A stretch of 64,000 bases of DNA from Gemmatimonadota bacterium. Lineage in GTDB: Bacteria; Gemmatimonadota; Gemmatimonadetes; Gemmatimonadales; Gemmatimonadaceae. The DNA lies in assembly GCA_040389905.1 (NCBI GenBank), contig JAZJZK010000005.1, forward strand, positions 32,001-96,000. The letters run 5' to 3'. Positions within the stretch are counted from its first letter, which is position 1. Each line of letters starts with the position of its first letter. The notes under the pieces were generated by a model that worked only from the letters and a program-made list of their open reading frames with translations, did no database searches and was not told the DNA's origin. Positions 48,771 to 56,820 of the stretch are shown here, one piece after another. A program made the translations under genes and the position numbers.

Positions 48771-49298
48771 TCAGGGGAGCGTGACGACGGCCTTCGACCA
48801 GCCCGCTTTGTCCAGGTCTTCCTGGAACAGCTTGTCGATGTCGACGACGACCGACGTGCCCGCAAGCCGAATGGCAAGCCGATCCATGCCGCGCGTCGCT
48901 CGTCCCTCGATGAAGGTGCCGTCGGGCTGATAACGCGATTTGTGTTTCGGGCACTGGAAGCGCTTGTTGTCGTCTTCCCATCTGAGCGCCGTGTTCTGGT
49001 GCGGACACGACAGCGCAAACGCGTACACCTGCTTGCCCACCCGCGAGAGAATGACCTCCGAGGCCTTGTCGATCTGCACGCCGTCGGCCGCCGGAATCGC
49101 GTAGCTCTTTTCCTCCGCGGTCGACGACAGCGCGGAAATCCAGCGCAGTGGCATGGCATCCGCGCCGCCCGGAGCCAGTCCAATGGCCGCCAACGCCGCG
49201 GCGCTCGCGCGCAACGCGTCGACGAGGAAATCGCGACGTCCCGTTACAGCACATCCTGTGCAGGCATCTTCGTGCAACTGCTCTATCGAATCACTCAT
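48771..49298 (-). CDS. Tat-exported Rieske [2Fe-2S] protein (no disulfide)
   Basis: CTGC..TGRRDFL signal with ADA cleavage site; CPHQNT...CPKHKSRY. Confidence 0.9.
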   Translation of the reverse strand: MSDSIEQLHEDACTGCAVTGRRDFLVDALRASAAALAAIGLAPGGADAMPLRWISALSSTAEEKSYAIPAADGVQIDKASEVILSRVGKQVYAFALSCPHQNTALRWEDDNKRFQCPKHKSRYQPDGTFIEGRATRGMDRLAIRLAGTSVVVDIDKLFQEDLDKAGWSKAVVTLP

Positions 49299-49311
49299 GC
49301 TCAAATCTCCG

Positions 49312-49830
49312 TCAGGCAAATTCCTTGAGGACCACACCGGCTAGTGCGGTGGCCATCCACAATACCATGCTGACCACCGCAAGGGTCCGCAGACGGCCCC
49401 ACAACGCCTCGCTCGGTGATACCGCAAGCGCTTTTTCGGTGCGCGTCATCACAAAACCATTGATCAAGAGCAACGCCACACAGCTCAACTTGATCCAGAA
49501 GTAGATGGAACCAATGAACGTCTCGACATCGCCGAAGAAGAGCAGCAGGCCGCTGATGACGGAGATCGCGAGGCCCGCAATCACCATGCGATGCGCGGCG
49601 GCGAGTACGCGGAGTTGCTGCACGCGCTCGGACGCTCCCAGTCGTGAAGCACGCAACGTCAGCTGGTCGGTCACGAATGCGGTCCCGGCGCCGAAAATCA
49701 GGGGCGCAAGGTGAAGAAACAGAACTCCGGCCGATACTGACTTGGAGTCCGAATAGAGTTTCGACCACGGCTTCGCCAGGCTCACGAGCGTTTCCGTCAA
49801 TCCCGTTGCGACGTCAGTCACTATCATCAT
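49312..49830 (-). CDS. Four-TM membrane protein (DUF6644/CopD-like)
   Basis: FLHLAPLIFGAG, AHR..IAGL...VISGLLLF, FWIKL..VALLLING, SMVLW....AG. Confidence 0.7.
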   Translation of the reverse strand: MMIVTDVATGLTETLVSLAKPWSKLYSDSKSVSAGVLFLHLAPLIFGAGTAFVTDQLTLRASRLGASERVQQLRVLAAAHRMVIAGLAISVISGLLLFFGDVETFIGSIYFWIKLSCVALLLINGFVMTRTEKALAVSPSEALWGRLRTLAVVSMVLWMATALAGVVLKEFA

Positions 49831-49834
49831 TGTG

Positions 49835-50425
49835 CTAGTCCTCTGGCCAGAATCGGATCACGGTCACTCCGGCCACCGTTGCGGCCATGGACCCGTACGC
49901 CCACTTTCGATGCTCGCCGCGTTTGTCGGCACTGTTCTCCGCTTCGTCGGCGAGTTTGGATCCCGCGTACGTGAACCCCGCATCGGAACTGAGCATGAGG
50001 AGCGCATGAATGGTGCGACGGGTACCGCCGGGTGCATGTCGGGAATCCCACAGATTCCACAGGCCGGTGATGGAGTTCGACGTGAACAGACCGGCGAGCG
50101 CCGTCGCGCCGTAGCGCATGGAATTCTTCGCCCACGCCGGCCCATTCTTGGGGTCGTCGTACAGTTGCTCACCCGCGATGCTCTGGAGGACGAACAGGGG
50201 CGCGATCGCATACGCACCATAGCGGTGAATGCGAAGTCGTTGCTCATACCACTCACTGACCTCGATCGCCTTTCGGCGCCGGCGGACCGTGTCCTGCGAC
50301 GAGTGCACCGCCGCGATCAGTGTCGTCATGACCGGGCCGGCGACACTATCGCGTGGAACGATTCGCGCCGTGTCGGGCGGACTGGCGAGCAGATTCAAGA
50401 GCGCGAGCACAGCGGAAGCATTCAT
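49835..50425 (-). CDS. Hypothetical membrane protein with His-led helices (cytochrome b561-like candidate)
   Basis: RLRIHRYGAY, WAKNSMRYGA, TRRTIHALLM and GEHRKWAY each start a hydrophobic helix. Start ATG 50425. Confidence 0.7.
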   Translation of the reverse strand: MNASAVLALLNLLASPPDTARIVPRDSVAGPVMTTLIAAVHSSQDTVRRRRKAIEVSEWYEQRLRIHRYGAYAIAPLFVLQSIAGEQLYDDPKNGPAWAKNSMRYGATALAGLFTSNSITGLWNLWDSRHAPGGTRRTIHALLMLSSDAGFTYAGSKLADEAENSADKRGEHRKWAYGSMAATVAGVTVIRFWPED

Positions 50426-50532
50426 GGGCGGTTCGTTCTCACTGAGGGTCGTACAACCGAGCTCATGCCGCGCGCGCCAGCACCGGTGCGCCCAAGAATG
50501 ACATGTCACGCAACGGTCCGGTAGTGGACACC

Positions 50533-53217
50533 GTGACGCGTCCAAGCCCTGTCTCCTCAGCATCGGTTGATCCACGCGAATCCTCCAGCGGCCTGTCGCG
50601 CCCCCGTGGATCGAGCATTCAACTGCGCTTATTGACGCTCGTCACGGCAGTCGCTCTGCCGCAGATGTTCTTTTCGATCATCCAGGTGCGCCGCGCCGAC
50701 AAACACGCTCGGGAGAACGCCGAGCAAGTAGCGCTTCAGCTCGCGCAACGGGTGGCGACACGCGTCGACGATCACATCAGTGTGGCCGACGCACTCCTCG
50801 TTACGCTGACGCGCGTCGTTCGCACACAAAAGGGCGGACGTGATCTCAATGACGCACTCCTGGCCTCCGTTGCGCGCGATCTCGGCAACCGCTTCATCAA
50901 TCTCGGTGTCATCGACACGACCGGGCTGGAAATCGGCCTTTCCAACCCTGATCGCCGGTCGAGCAATATCAGAATCAGTGACCGGCTCTACTTCAAACAA
51001 GCGCTCGCGACACGCGGCCTCGGCATTGGCGATCCGATGGTTGGGCGAGTGACCAATCAGTCCGCGCTGGGCATCGGACGCGCGGTGCTCGATAACGAGG
51101 GAACACCCATCGGCGTTGTGGTCGCCACGACACGGCTCAAACAAATCCGCGACCTGCTCATTCCGGATAGCCTGCCCACCGAAGCCGTCGTGACGGTCGT
51201 CAACGAGCGCGGCCTCATCCTCGCCCACACGCAGAATGGCGACGCGTGGCTCGGCAGGAATGTGTCGGAGTTTCCAGCGACGTTCGGAACTGCCACCGAC
51301 CGACAGGGCGTGAAGGAACTCAACGGACTCGATGGAGTGACTCGCTTATCCGGCTACGCCACGGCGACGCGCGCGCCATGGCGCGTGTACGTCGGCATTC
51401 CGAAGGACGTCGTCCTGCAGGCAGTTCACGAGGAGGAGCACGAGGAAACGGTCCTCGCCGTTTTCTCACTCCTCATCACGTTCGGTCTCGCGTGGTGGCT
51501 GGCACGGAGCATATCCGAACCCGTCATCGCACTGACTGCGGATGCCGACGAATTCGCGTCGGGGAACCTGTCCCACCGTTCGCATGTCGACGCCCGCGGC
51601 GAGCTTGGCCAGCTCGCGGAAACGTTCAACCGCATGGCCACCACGCTTCAGCGCCGGAGCAACGAGCTCTCCGAAAGTGAGCGCAGGTACCGAATTCTCT
51701 TCGACGCGCTGCCGCTCCCCATGTGGGTGTATGACGTCCGGAGCTTTCGCATTCTGGCCGTCAATGAGTCCGCTGTCGAGCGGTACGGATACTCGCGTGA
51801 GGAATTCCTTGCGCTGACGATGCTTGATATCCACCCGGCCGATGAAGCCGAACGTCTCACTGCCTTGGTACGCTCCACATCGCGTGTTCGCGTTCAGGGT
51901 GAGCCCTGGCGCCAACGCACGCGCCATGGCGAACTGCTCGACGTCGAAGTGACGGCCGACGACTTCAACGTTGGCACCGAGCGCACGCGGCTGGTCGTCG
52001 CCATCGACGTGACCACCCGCAATCGGACGGAAGCCGCACTCCGCGCGTCGCAGGAACAGCTGCGGCAATCACAGAAAATGGAAGCGGTCGGGAGTCTCGC
52101 CGGCGGCATCGCGCACGATTTCAACAATCTCCTCACGGCGATCCTCGGCTATTGTGACCTCGCGCTGGAAGTCGCGGAACCGGACAGTCCCATGTGCGAC
52201 GACGTGCACGAAATCCGCCGTGCCGCACGCCGCGCCGCGGAGCTCACGCACCAGTTGCTCGCGTTCAGCCGACGGCAGATGCTCAAGCCGACGGTCTTCG
52301 AGCTCAATAGCGCCGTGGAAGGAACCGAGAAAATCCTCCGGCGCCTCATACCCGAGAGCATCGTGCTCGACCTGTCGCTCGCGGCGGAATCACCGCTCGT
52401 GCGCGCAGACCCATCGCAGGTCGAGCAGGTGATCCTGAACCTGGCGGTCAATGCGCGCGATGCCATGCCGCGCGGGGGACGACTCATGCTCGCCACCGGC
52501 GAGAGCTCGTTTACACGTTCACAGGCGGTGGCTGGTGGTACGCTGCCGCCCGGCCGGTATGCCACGCTCAGCGTGATGGACACCGGAACGGGCATCACCG
52601 CGGAAGTCCGTGAGCGCCTGTTCGAGCCCTTCTTCACCACGAAGGAACGCGGTCAGGGGACGGGGCTCGGCCTCGCGACCGTCTACGGAATCGTGCAGCA
52701 GAGCGAGGGCGGCGTCGACGTGCAGTCCGTCCCCGGCGACGGTGCAACCTTCACCGTCTATTTCCCCATCGCCGAGGCGCCCATCCCGGTGCCCGTAGTG
52801 CAACGGCAGCTGGCGCAGAGTGCGCGCGGTGAGGGAATGATCCTCCTCGCGGAAGACGACGATGCGGTTCGCGCCATCGCTCACACCACACTCGAGCGCG
52901 CGGGCTACCGCGTGCTCAGTGCCAACGACGGTTTGAGCGCACTCCAGATCGCGGAGTCGTATCGCGGCGCCATCGATCTCCTCCTGACGGATGTCATCAT
53001 GCCAAGCATGAACGGACGGGAACTCGCCGAGGCGCTGACGCTACTTCGGCCGGGGCTCCCGGTACTGTTCGTCTCGGGATACACGGACAATGTGCTGTCG
53101 GACCTCGGGCTGCCATCCGTCGACCACGCTCTCCTGGACAAACCGTTCACTCCCGCATCACTCACCGCCGCAGTGGCAGCCATCCTCGGCGCGGCGAAGA
53201 CGAGCGGCGTCGCATGA
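50533..53217 (+). CDS. Hybrid sensor kinase Cache-HAMP-PAS-HisKA-HATPase-REC (CckA-like)
   Basis: Two TMs, Cache (SDR.YFKQAL), HAMP (ELGQLAETFN.M), PAS (AVNESAVERYGYSREE), [22 protein letters not shown]. Start 50503 or 50533. Confidence 0.92.
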   Translation: MTRPSPVSSASVDPRESSSGLSRPRGSSIQLRLLTLVTAVALPQMFFSIIQVRRADKHARENAEQVALQLAQRVATRVDDHISVADALLVTLTRVVRTQKGGRDLNDALLASVARDLGNRFINLGVIDTTGLEIGLSNPDRRSSNIRISDRLYFKQALATRGLGIGDPMVGRVTNQSALGIGRAVLDNEGTPIGVVVATTRLKQIRDLLIPDSLPTEAVVTVVNERGLILAHTQNGDAWLGRNVSEFPATFGTATDRQGVKELNGLDGVTRLSGYATATRAPWRVYVGIPKDVVLQAVHEEEHEETVLAVFSLLITFGLAWWLARSISEPVIALTADADEFASGNLSHRSHVDARGELGQLAETFNRMATTLQRRSNELSESERRYRILFDALPLPMWVYDVRSFRILAVNESAVERYGYSREEFLALTMLDIHPADEAERLTALVRSTSRVRVQGEPWRQRTRHGELLDVEVTADDFNVGTERTRLVVAIDVTTRNRTEAALRASQEQLRQSQKMEAVGSLAGGIAHDFNNLLTAILGYCDLALEVAEPDSPMCDDVHEIRRAARRAAELTHQLLAFSRRQMLKPTVFELNSAVEGTEKILRRLIPESIVLDLSLAAESPLVRADPSQVEQVILNLAVNARDAMPRGGRLMLATGESSFTRSQAVAGGTLPPGRYATLSVMDTGTGITAEVRERLFEPFFTTKERGQGTGLGLATVYGIVQQSEGGVDVQSVPGDGATFTVYFPIAEAPIPVPVVQRQLAQSARGEGMILLAEDDDAVRAIAHTTLERAGYRVLSANDGLSALQIAESYRGAIDLLLTDVIMPSMNGRELAEALTLLRPGLPVLFVSGYTDNVLSDLGLPSVDHALLDKPFTPASLTAAVAAILGAAKTSGVA

Positions 53218-53837
53218 AGCCTGGACGGGGGTGGGTTGCCGTGCAGGAAGAGTTGCTCCGTGGAATCGTGCATTCGCTGAACAACAGGATCACTTCGATG
53301 ACCGCATTCGTCGAAATGGCCGACGGCGGAGTGTCAGCAGCCGAGCAGGACATGATGCGGAACGAGCTGAAGCGGACTCAGAAAGTGGGTAGCTTCGTTG
53401 GCGCGCTCGCCACCCGCGCGGTAGAGCCGGAGGCGCTGGAGATCAGACCCGTCCTCGATCTCGCGCTCGAGATCCACCGACACCATCCGCACATCCATGC
53501 GCTCGAGTGCACGATCGAGGAGGCAGGCCCCCTGCTTCCCGTTCGCGTTCCGCGTTGGGCGCTCTTGCGGCTCCTGATTCTCCTCATCGAATACGCGAAG
53601 CGCGAAGACGACGCCGGGTCACGCTCGGTCGTCGTCAGGCTGTCTGGAGAGGAATCAGTCGTGCGGGTACACGTGTCGGCGCTACAGGTGCCACACAGCG
53701 ACGCCGCCGACCTCGCCACCGCGTGCGGCGGCCGGATCGTTTCCGGCGGCGACGACGTCACGGTGGAGTTGCCGTCGCTCATCGAGGTCAGGCGCCGTGA
53801 GAAGCTCGCGGCTGGCAGCGGAGCGACGAATCGCTGA
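53214..53837 (+). CDS. Histidine-kinase-like pseudokinase / ChpT-like histidine phosphotransferase candidate
   Basis: H-box GIVHSLNNRIT is retained. The N-box reads LILLIEYAK (Asn lost) and the DxGxG and G2 boxes are absent. 207 aa; ATGA overlap with the hybrid kinase. Confidence 0.7.
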   Translation: MKPGRGWVAVQEELLRGIVHSLNNRITSMTAFVEMADGGVSAAEQDMMRNELKRTQKVGSFVGALATRAVEPEALEIRPVLDLALEIHRHHPHIHALECTIEEAGPLLPVRVPRWALLRLLILLIEYAKREDDAGSRSVVVRLSGEESVVRVHVSALQVPHSDAADLATACGGRIVSGGDDVTVELPSLIEVRRREKLAAGSGATNR

Positions 53838-53848
53838 GTGGCGCTCGT

Positions 53849-54616
53849 TCAGGCACTCGCCGCCAACGGGTACATCACTTCACGCAACGCGCTCAGCGCC
53901 TTCGACCGGATCTGTGACACGCGAGACTCGCTGATATTGAGTACCTCGGCGATTTCCCGCGCGTTCAGTTCCTCGAAATAGTAGAGGGAGAGAACGGTCC
54001 GCTGCTGATCCTTCAAGCCGAGGATCGCCTCGCGAAGGGCGGCGACTTCCTCCTCATGCTCCATCCGCTCATCCGCACCATCGGCCGTCGATCGCAGGAA
54101 CTCGATTGGCGACGGCCCTGCCTCATCTCGGTCGCCCTCTGCGGCATGCAGCGAGATCTGCACCGTCCGCTCCACGTCCGCCTGCCAACGCCACAGCGTG
54201 TCCGTTGGAATTCCAATCTGCCGCGCGACTTCCGCGTCCGTCGGCGCGCGGCCCAATGTGCGCATCACCTGCTCACGTGCCTGTGCGATGTCGCGCGTCT
54301 TTCGGCGAATCGAGCGCGGGACGTGATCCTGCCGGCGAAGCTCGTCCAGGATCGCACCACGTATGCGCGGGACCGCGTAGGTGCTGAAGGCGAGACCACG
54401 GCTCGGGTCGAAGGATTCGAGCGCCGCCATCAGCCCAAGCGTGCCGATATTCACCATTTCATCCGGGTCCGCATCCGCCGACAGGCTACGGCTCAACTGC
54501 TTGGCCACGTAGTGAACCAAGCTCAGGTTGTCCTGAAGCAAAGAATCGCGCGCCGCGACATCTCCAGCGGCGCAGGCGGCCCAACGTTGCGAGTTATCCA
54601 CAAACGACTCCGGCAT
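53849..54616 (-). CDS. fliA: RNA polymerase sigma-28 factor (FliA/WhiG family)
   Basis: FDPSRG..FSTYA.PRIRGAILDELR..D.VPRS.R, LSLYYFEEL..REIA.VL.ISESRVSQI. Start ATG 54616. Confidence 0.92.
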   Translation of the reverse strand: MPESFVDNSQRWAACAAGDVAARDSLLQDNLSLVHYVAKQLSRSLSADADPDEMVNIGTLGLMAALESFDPSRGLAFSTYAVPRIRGAILDELRRQDHVPRSIRRKTRDIAQAREQVMRTLGRAPTDAEVARQIGIPTDTLWRWQADVERTVQISLHAAEGDRDEAGPSPIEFLRSTADGADERMEHEEEVAALREAILGLKDQQRTVLSLYYFEELNAREIAEVLNISESRVSQIRSKALSALREVMYPLAASA

Positions 54617-54684
54617 CGGAGGTAATGCGCCCGTGGGGAGGAAGGGGCGCGAGAATGGCGAGGTGAGCGTCTGCCATCTGCTAA

Positions 54685-54700
54685 GGCACGGTAGGGGCCA
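54685..54700 (-). promoter_or_regulatory. Putative sigma54 (-24/-12) promoter of fliA
   Basis: Minus strand TGGCCCCTACCGTGCC has exact GG-N10-GC spacing, about 70 nt upstream of the fliA ATG. Confidence 0.55.
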
Positions 54701-54711
54701 CGTTGCCGCGC

Positions 54712-54746
54712 AGAAAAAACGCCCGATTCCGGAGCCGGATCGGGCG
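54712..54746 (-). terminator. Rho-independent terminator after the sigma54 regulator gene
   Basis: Minus strand CGCCCGATCCGG-CT-CCGGAATCGGGCG hairpin followed by TTTTTTCT. Confidence 0.75.
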
Positions 54747-54847
54747 AGCAATACTGCGCATAAATTGTTGTCCTATAACGACTTCAATGTAAACAAACGT
54801 CTACTTACGCGCAGCGTCCTGCGCAAAGAATTCTAAGCGAACAGCTA

Positions 54848-54878
54848 GGCAATTATTGCCGCCCGGCAATTTCTGCCG
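54848..54878. promoter_or_regulatory. Tandem palindromic enhancer (UAS) candidates for a sigma54 activator
   Basis: GGCAATTATTGCC and CGGCAATTTCTGCCG, about 150-180 bp upstream of the -24/-12 motif; CGGCAA half-sites. Confidence 0.6.
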
Positions 54879-54908
54879 AGCATTTTCAGCTTGAGCTGCA
54901 GATTCTGC

Positions 54909-56333
54909 CTACTCGGAGCCAGCTTCCGAAACAGGCCGGTTGAGCTTTGAACGAAGCGTTCGAACGCTCATGCCGAGCAGTTCTGCCGCGCGCGTCCTGT
55001 TGCCGTCGGCAATCTGAAGGGCACGAGCGATCAGCAACTGTTCGGCCTCTTCGACGTTGAGCGAGGTCAGCACCACCGCGCCTGGTGGCACGCGCTCGCC
55101 GGATGCCGTGCTCCCGATCGCGACGGTCGCGCGGGCGGGCGTTGGTCCGCTCGTGCTGCGCGATAGGCCAAAACGGACGCGGTCGAACGCGTGCGCCTGG
55201 ATGATGGGTTCGGGCGACAGGATGATGGCGCGCTCGACAGCATGCTGCAGCTCGCGAACGTTTCCGGGCCAGTCATACTCCTGGAGCAGCGCGATCGCGT
55301 CCGCCGTGAAGCCGTGGAACTCCTTGCCCATCTCCGCCGCCGTCCGCACCGCGAATCGCTGGGCAAGCAGGGGAATGTCCTGACGTCGCTCACGCAGCGG
55401 TGGGATGAAGATCGGAAGGACGCTCAACCGGAAGAAAAGATCCTGGCGGAAGTGGCCGGCCGCCGAGTACGGCGCGAGGTCGCGATTGGTTGTCGCGATA
55501 ATCCGCACATCGACCTTGATCGGGTGTGAGCCACCAACGCGCTCGAATTCCTGCTCCTGCAATACACGCAACAGCTTCGATTGCAGGTCGAGTCGCATCT
55601 CACTGATTTCGTCGAGCAACAGTGTACCGTGATGTGCCCGCTCGAACGCGCCTTCGACCCTCTTGATTGCCCCGGTGAAGGCGCCCTTCTCATGGCCGAA
55701 CAGCGCGCTCTCGATCAGCCCTTCCGGCAACGCGGCGCAGTTCAGCATGACGAATGGCTTGTCGCGGCGATCGCTCGCGTCGTGAATGGCGCGTGCGAAC
55801 AGTTCCTTTCCCGTCCCGGACTCTCCCTGCAGCAGCACCGCGGCGCGTGTGGGGGCAGCGGTGATCACCGTCTCCAGCAGCCGTCGAATCTGGGGCGCTT
55901 CGCCAACGATCACACGTTCGTTGCGGAACTCCATGACCTCTCGCCGCAACAAACTGTTTTCTCGACGGAGCCTGACCACCTCGAGTGCCTGCGACACCGC
56001 GAGTTCCAGCTGCTCCGGGCTCACCGGCTTCGTGATGTAGTCGATCGCACCCGCCTTGATCGATGCGACGGCATGCTCGATCGTTGCGAAGCCGGTCAGC
56101 ATGATCAGCGGAACGGTGTAGCCCTCCTGCTTGAGGAGCTCGAGGAAGTCGAGCCCGCTCAAGTCCGGCATGCGATAGTCCGATATGATCAGGTCGATCG
56201 TATGCTCGGCGAGTGCCTGCAGCGCCTGCGGCACATTCTGCGCTCCGATTGCCTTGTGGCCTGCTCGCTCGAGCGTGTCTTCGAGGATCAGGCCAATGGC
56301 TGGTTCGTCATCGAGGTACAGAATCGTGGCCAT
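54909..56333 (-). CDS. Sigma54-dependent response regulator (REC-AAA-Fis HTH), FleR/FlrC/FlbD-like
   Basis: REC IISDYRMP, GESGTGKE, LFGHEKGAFTGA, WPGNVREL, HTH LGMSVRTLRSKL. Confidence 0.92.
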   Translation of the reverse strand: MATILYLDDEPAIGLILEDTLERAGHKAIGAQNVPQALQALAEHTIDLIISDYRMPDLSGLDFLELLKQEGYTVPLIMLTGFATIEHAVASIKAGAIDYITKPVSPEQLELAVSQALEVVRLRRENSLLRREVMEFRNERVIVGEAPQIRRLLETVITAAPTRAAVLLQGESGTGKELFARAIHDASDRRDKPFVMLNCAALPEGLIESALFGHEKGAFTGAIKRVEGAFERAHHGTLLLDEISEMRLDLQSKLLRVLQEQEFERVGGSHPIKVDVRIIATTNRDLAPYSAAGHFRQDLFFRLSVLPIFIPPLRERRQDIPLLAQRFAVRTAAEMGKEFHGFTADAIALLQEYDWPGNVRELQHAVERAIILSPEPIIQAHAFDRVRFGLSRSTSGPTPARATVAIGSTASGERVPPGAVVLTSLNVEEAEQLLIARALQIADGNRTRAAELLGMSVRTLRSKLNRPVSEAGSE

Positions 56334-56364
56334 TCAGACGGCAGATGTTGTGAGACGTTCGCTT

Positions 56365-56510
56365 CGTCGCCCTGAGCGGAGCGAGGGGGCTACACCTCGC
56401 CTGTCTAAGCTACTCTGCATCCTGAGACTGGCGAGCCAATCCTTGTTCTGTTCAACTGCTCATGAAGCAAGATCAACGGTGCAGATCCCTCGACTTCGCG
56501 CGGGATGACA
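56365..56510. repeat. Inverted pair of family D REP-like units
   Basis: CGTCGCCCTGAGCGGAGCGAGGGGGCTACAC ... GTGCAGATCCCTCGACTTCGCGCGGGATGACA. Confidence 0.7.
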
Positions 56511-56527
56511 TCCACCGAGAATCGCAC

Positions 56528-56555
56528 TCAAGATGGTAGACAGAGATGCCGATAA
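56528..56555 (+). promoter_or_regulatory. Sigma-28 promoter
   Basis: TCAAG-N15-GCCGATAA with a perfect -10 element, 18 nt upstream of the flgM-like ATG. Confidence 0.75.
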
Positions 56556-56573
56556 TCGAGGCGGGAGGCCAAA

Positions 56574-56786
56574 ATGACCATGACCGCAGGAGACGATGGG
56601 ACATCAGGACCGATGGAACAGCGCGTGAGCCGGCTCCGGACCATTCAACGGACCGAGGCAGGTTCGCACCTGCTATCGGCGGAGGTCGTCCTGCGTCTGC
56701 GTGAGCGGATTCGCGCGAACGTCTACGCGACGCCGAGCGTGCTGGACGAGATTGCCCGTACCATGCTTCTGGTCGGCGATATCTGA
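56574..56786 (+). CDS. Small FlgM-like anti-sigma28 candidate
   Basis: C-terminus VLRLRERIRANVYATPSVLDEIARTML resembles the FlgM C-terminal helices; GGGAGG RBS, sigma28 promoter, near fliA. Confidence 0.6.
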   Translation: MTMTAGDDGTSGPMEQRVSRLRTIQRTEAGSHLLSAEVVLRLRERIRANVYATPSVLDEIARTMLLVGDI

Positions 56787-56820
56787 CGGAGTGGGTGCGT
56801 CACGCATCATCTTTGATGCA

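Noticed and set aside
48743..49183. Apparent N-terminal extension or frameshift fusion of the two Rieske genes
   Set aside because: The extension is an off-frame overlap of the upstream Rieske gene; each gene has its own start, Tat signal and stop.
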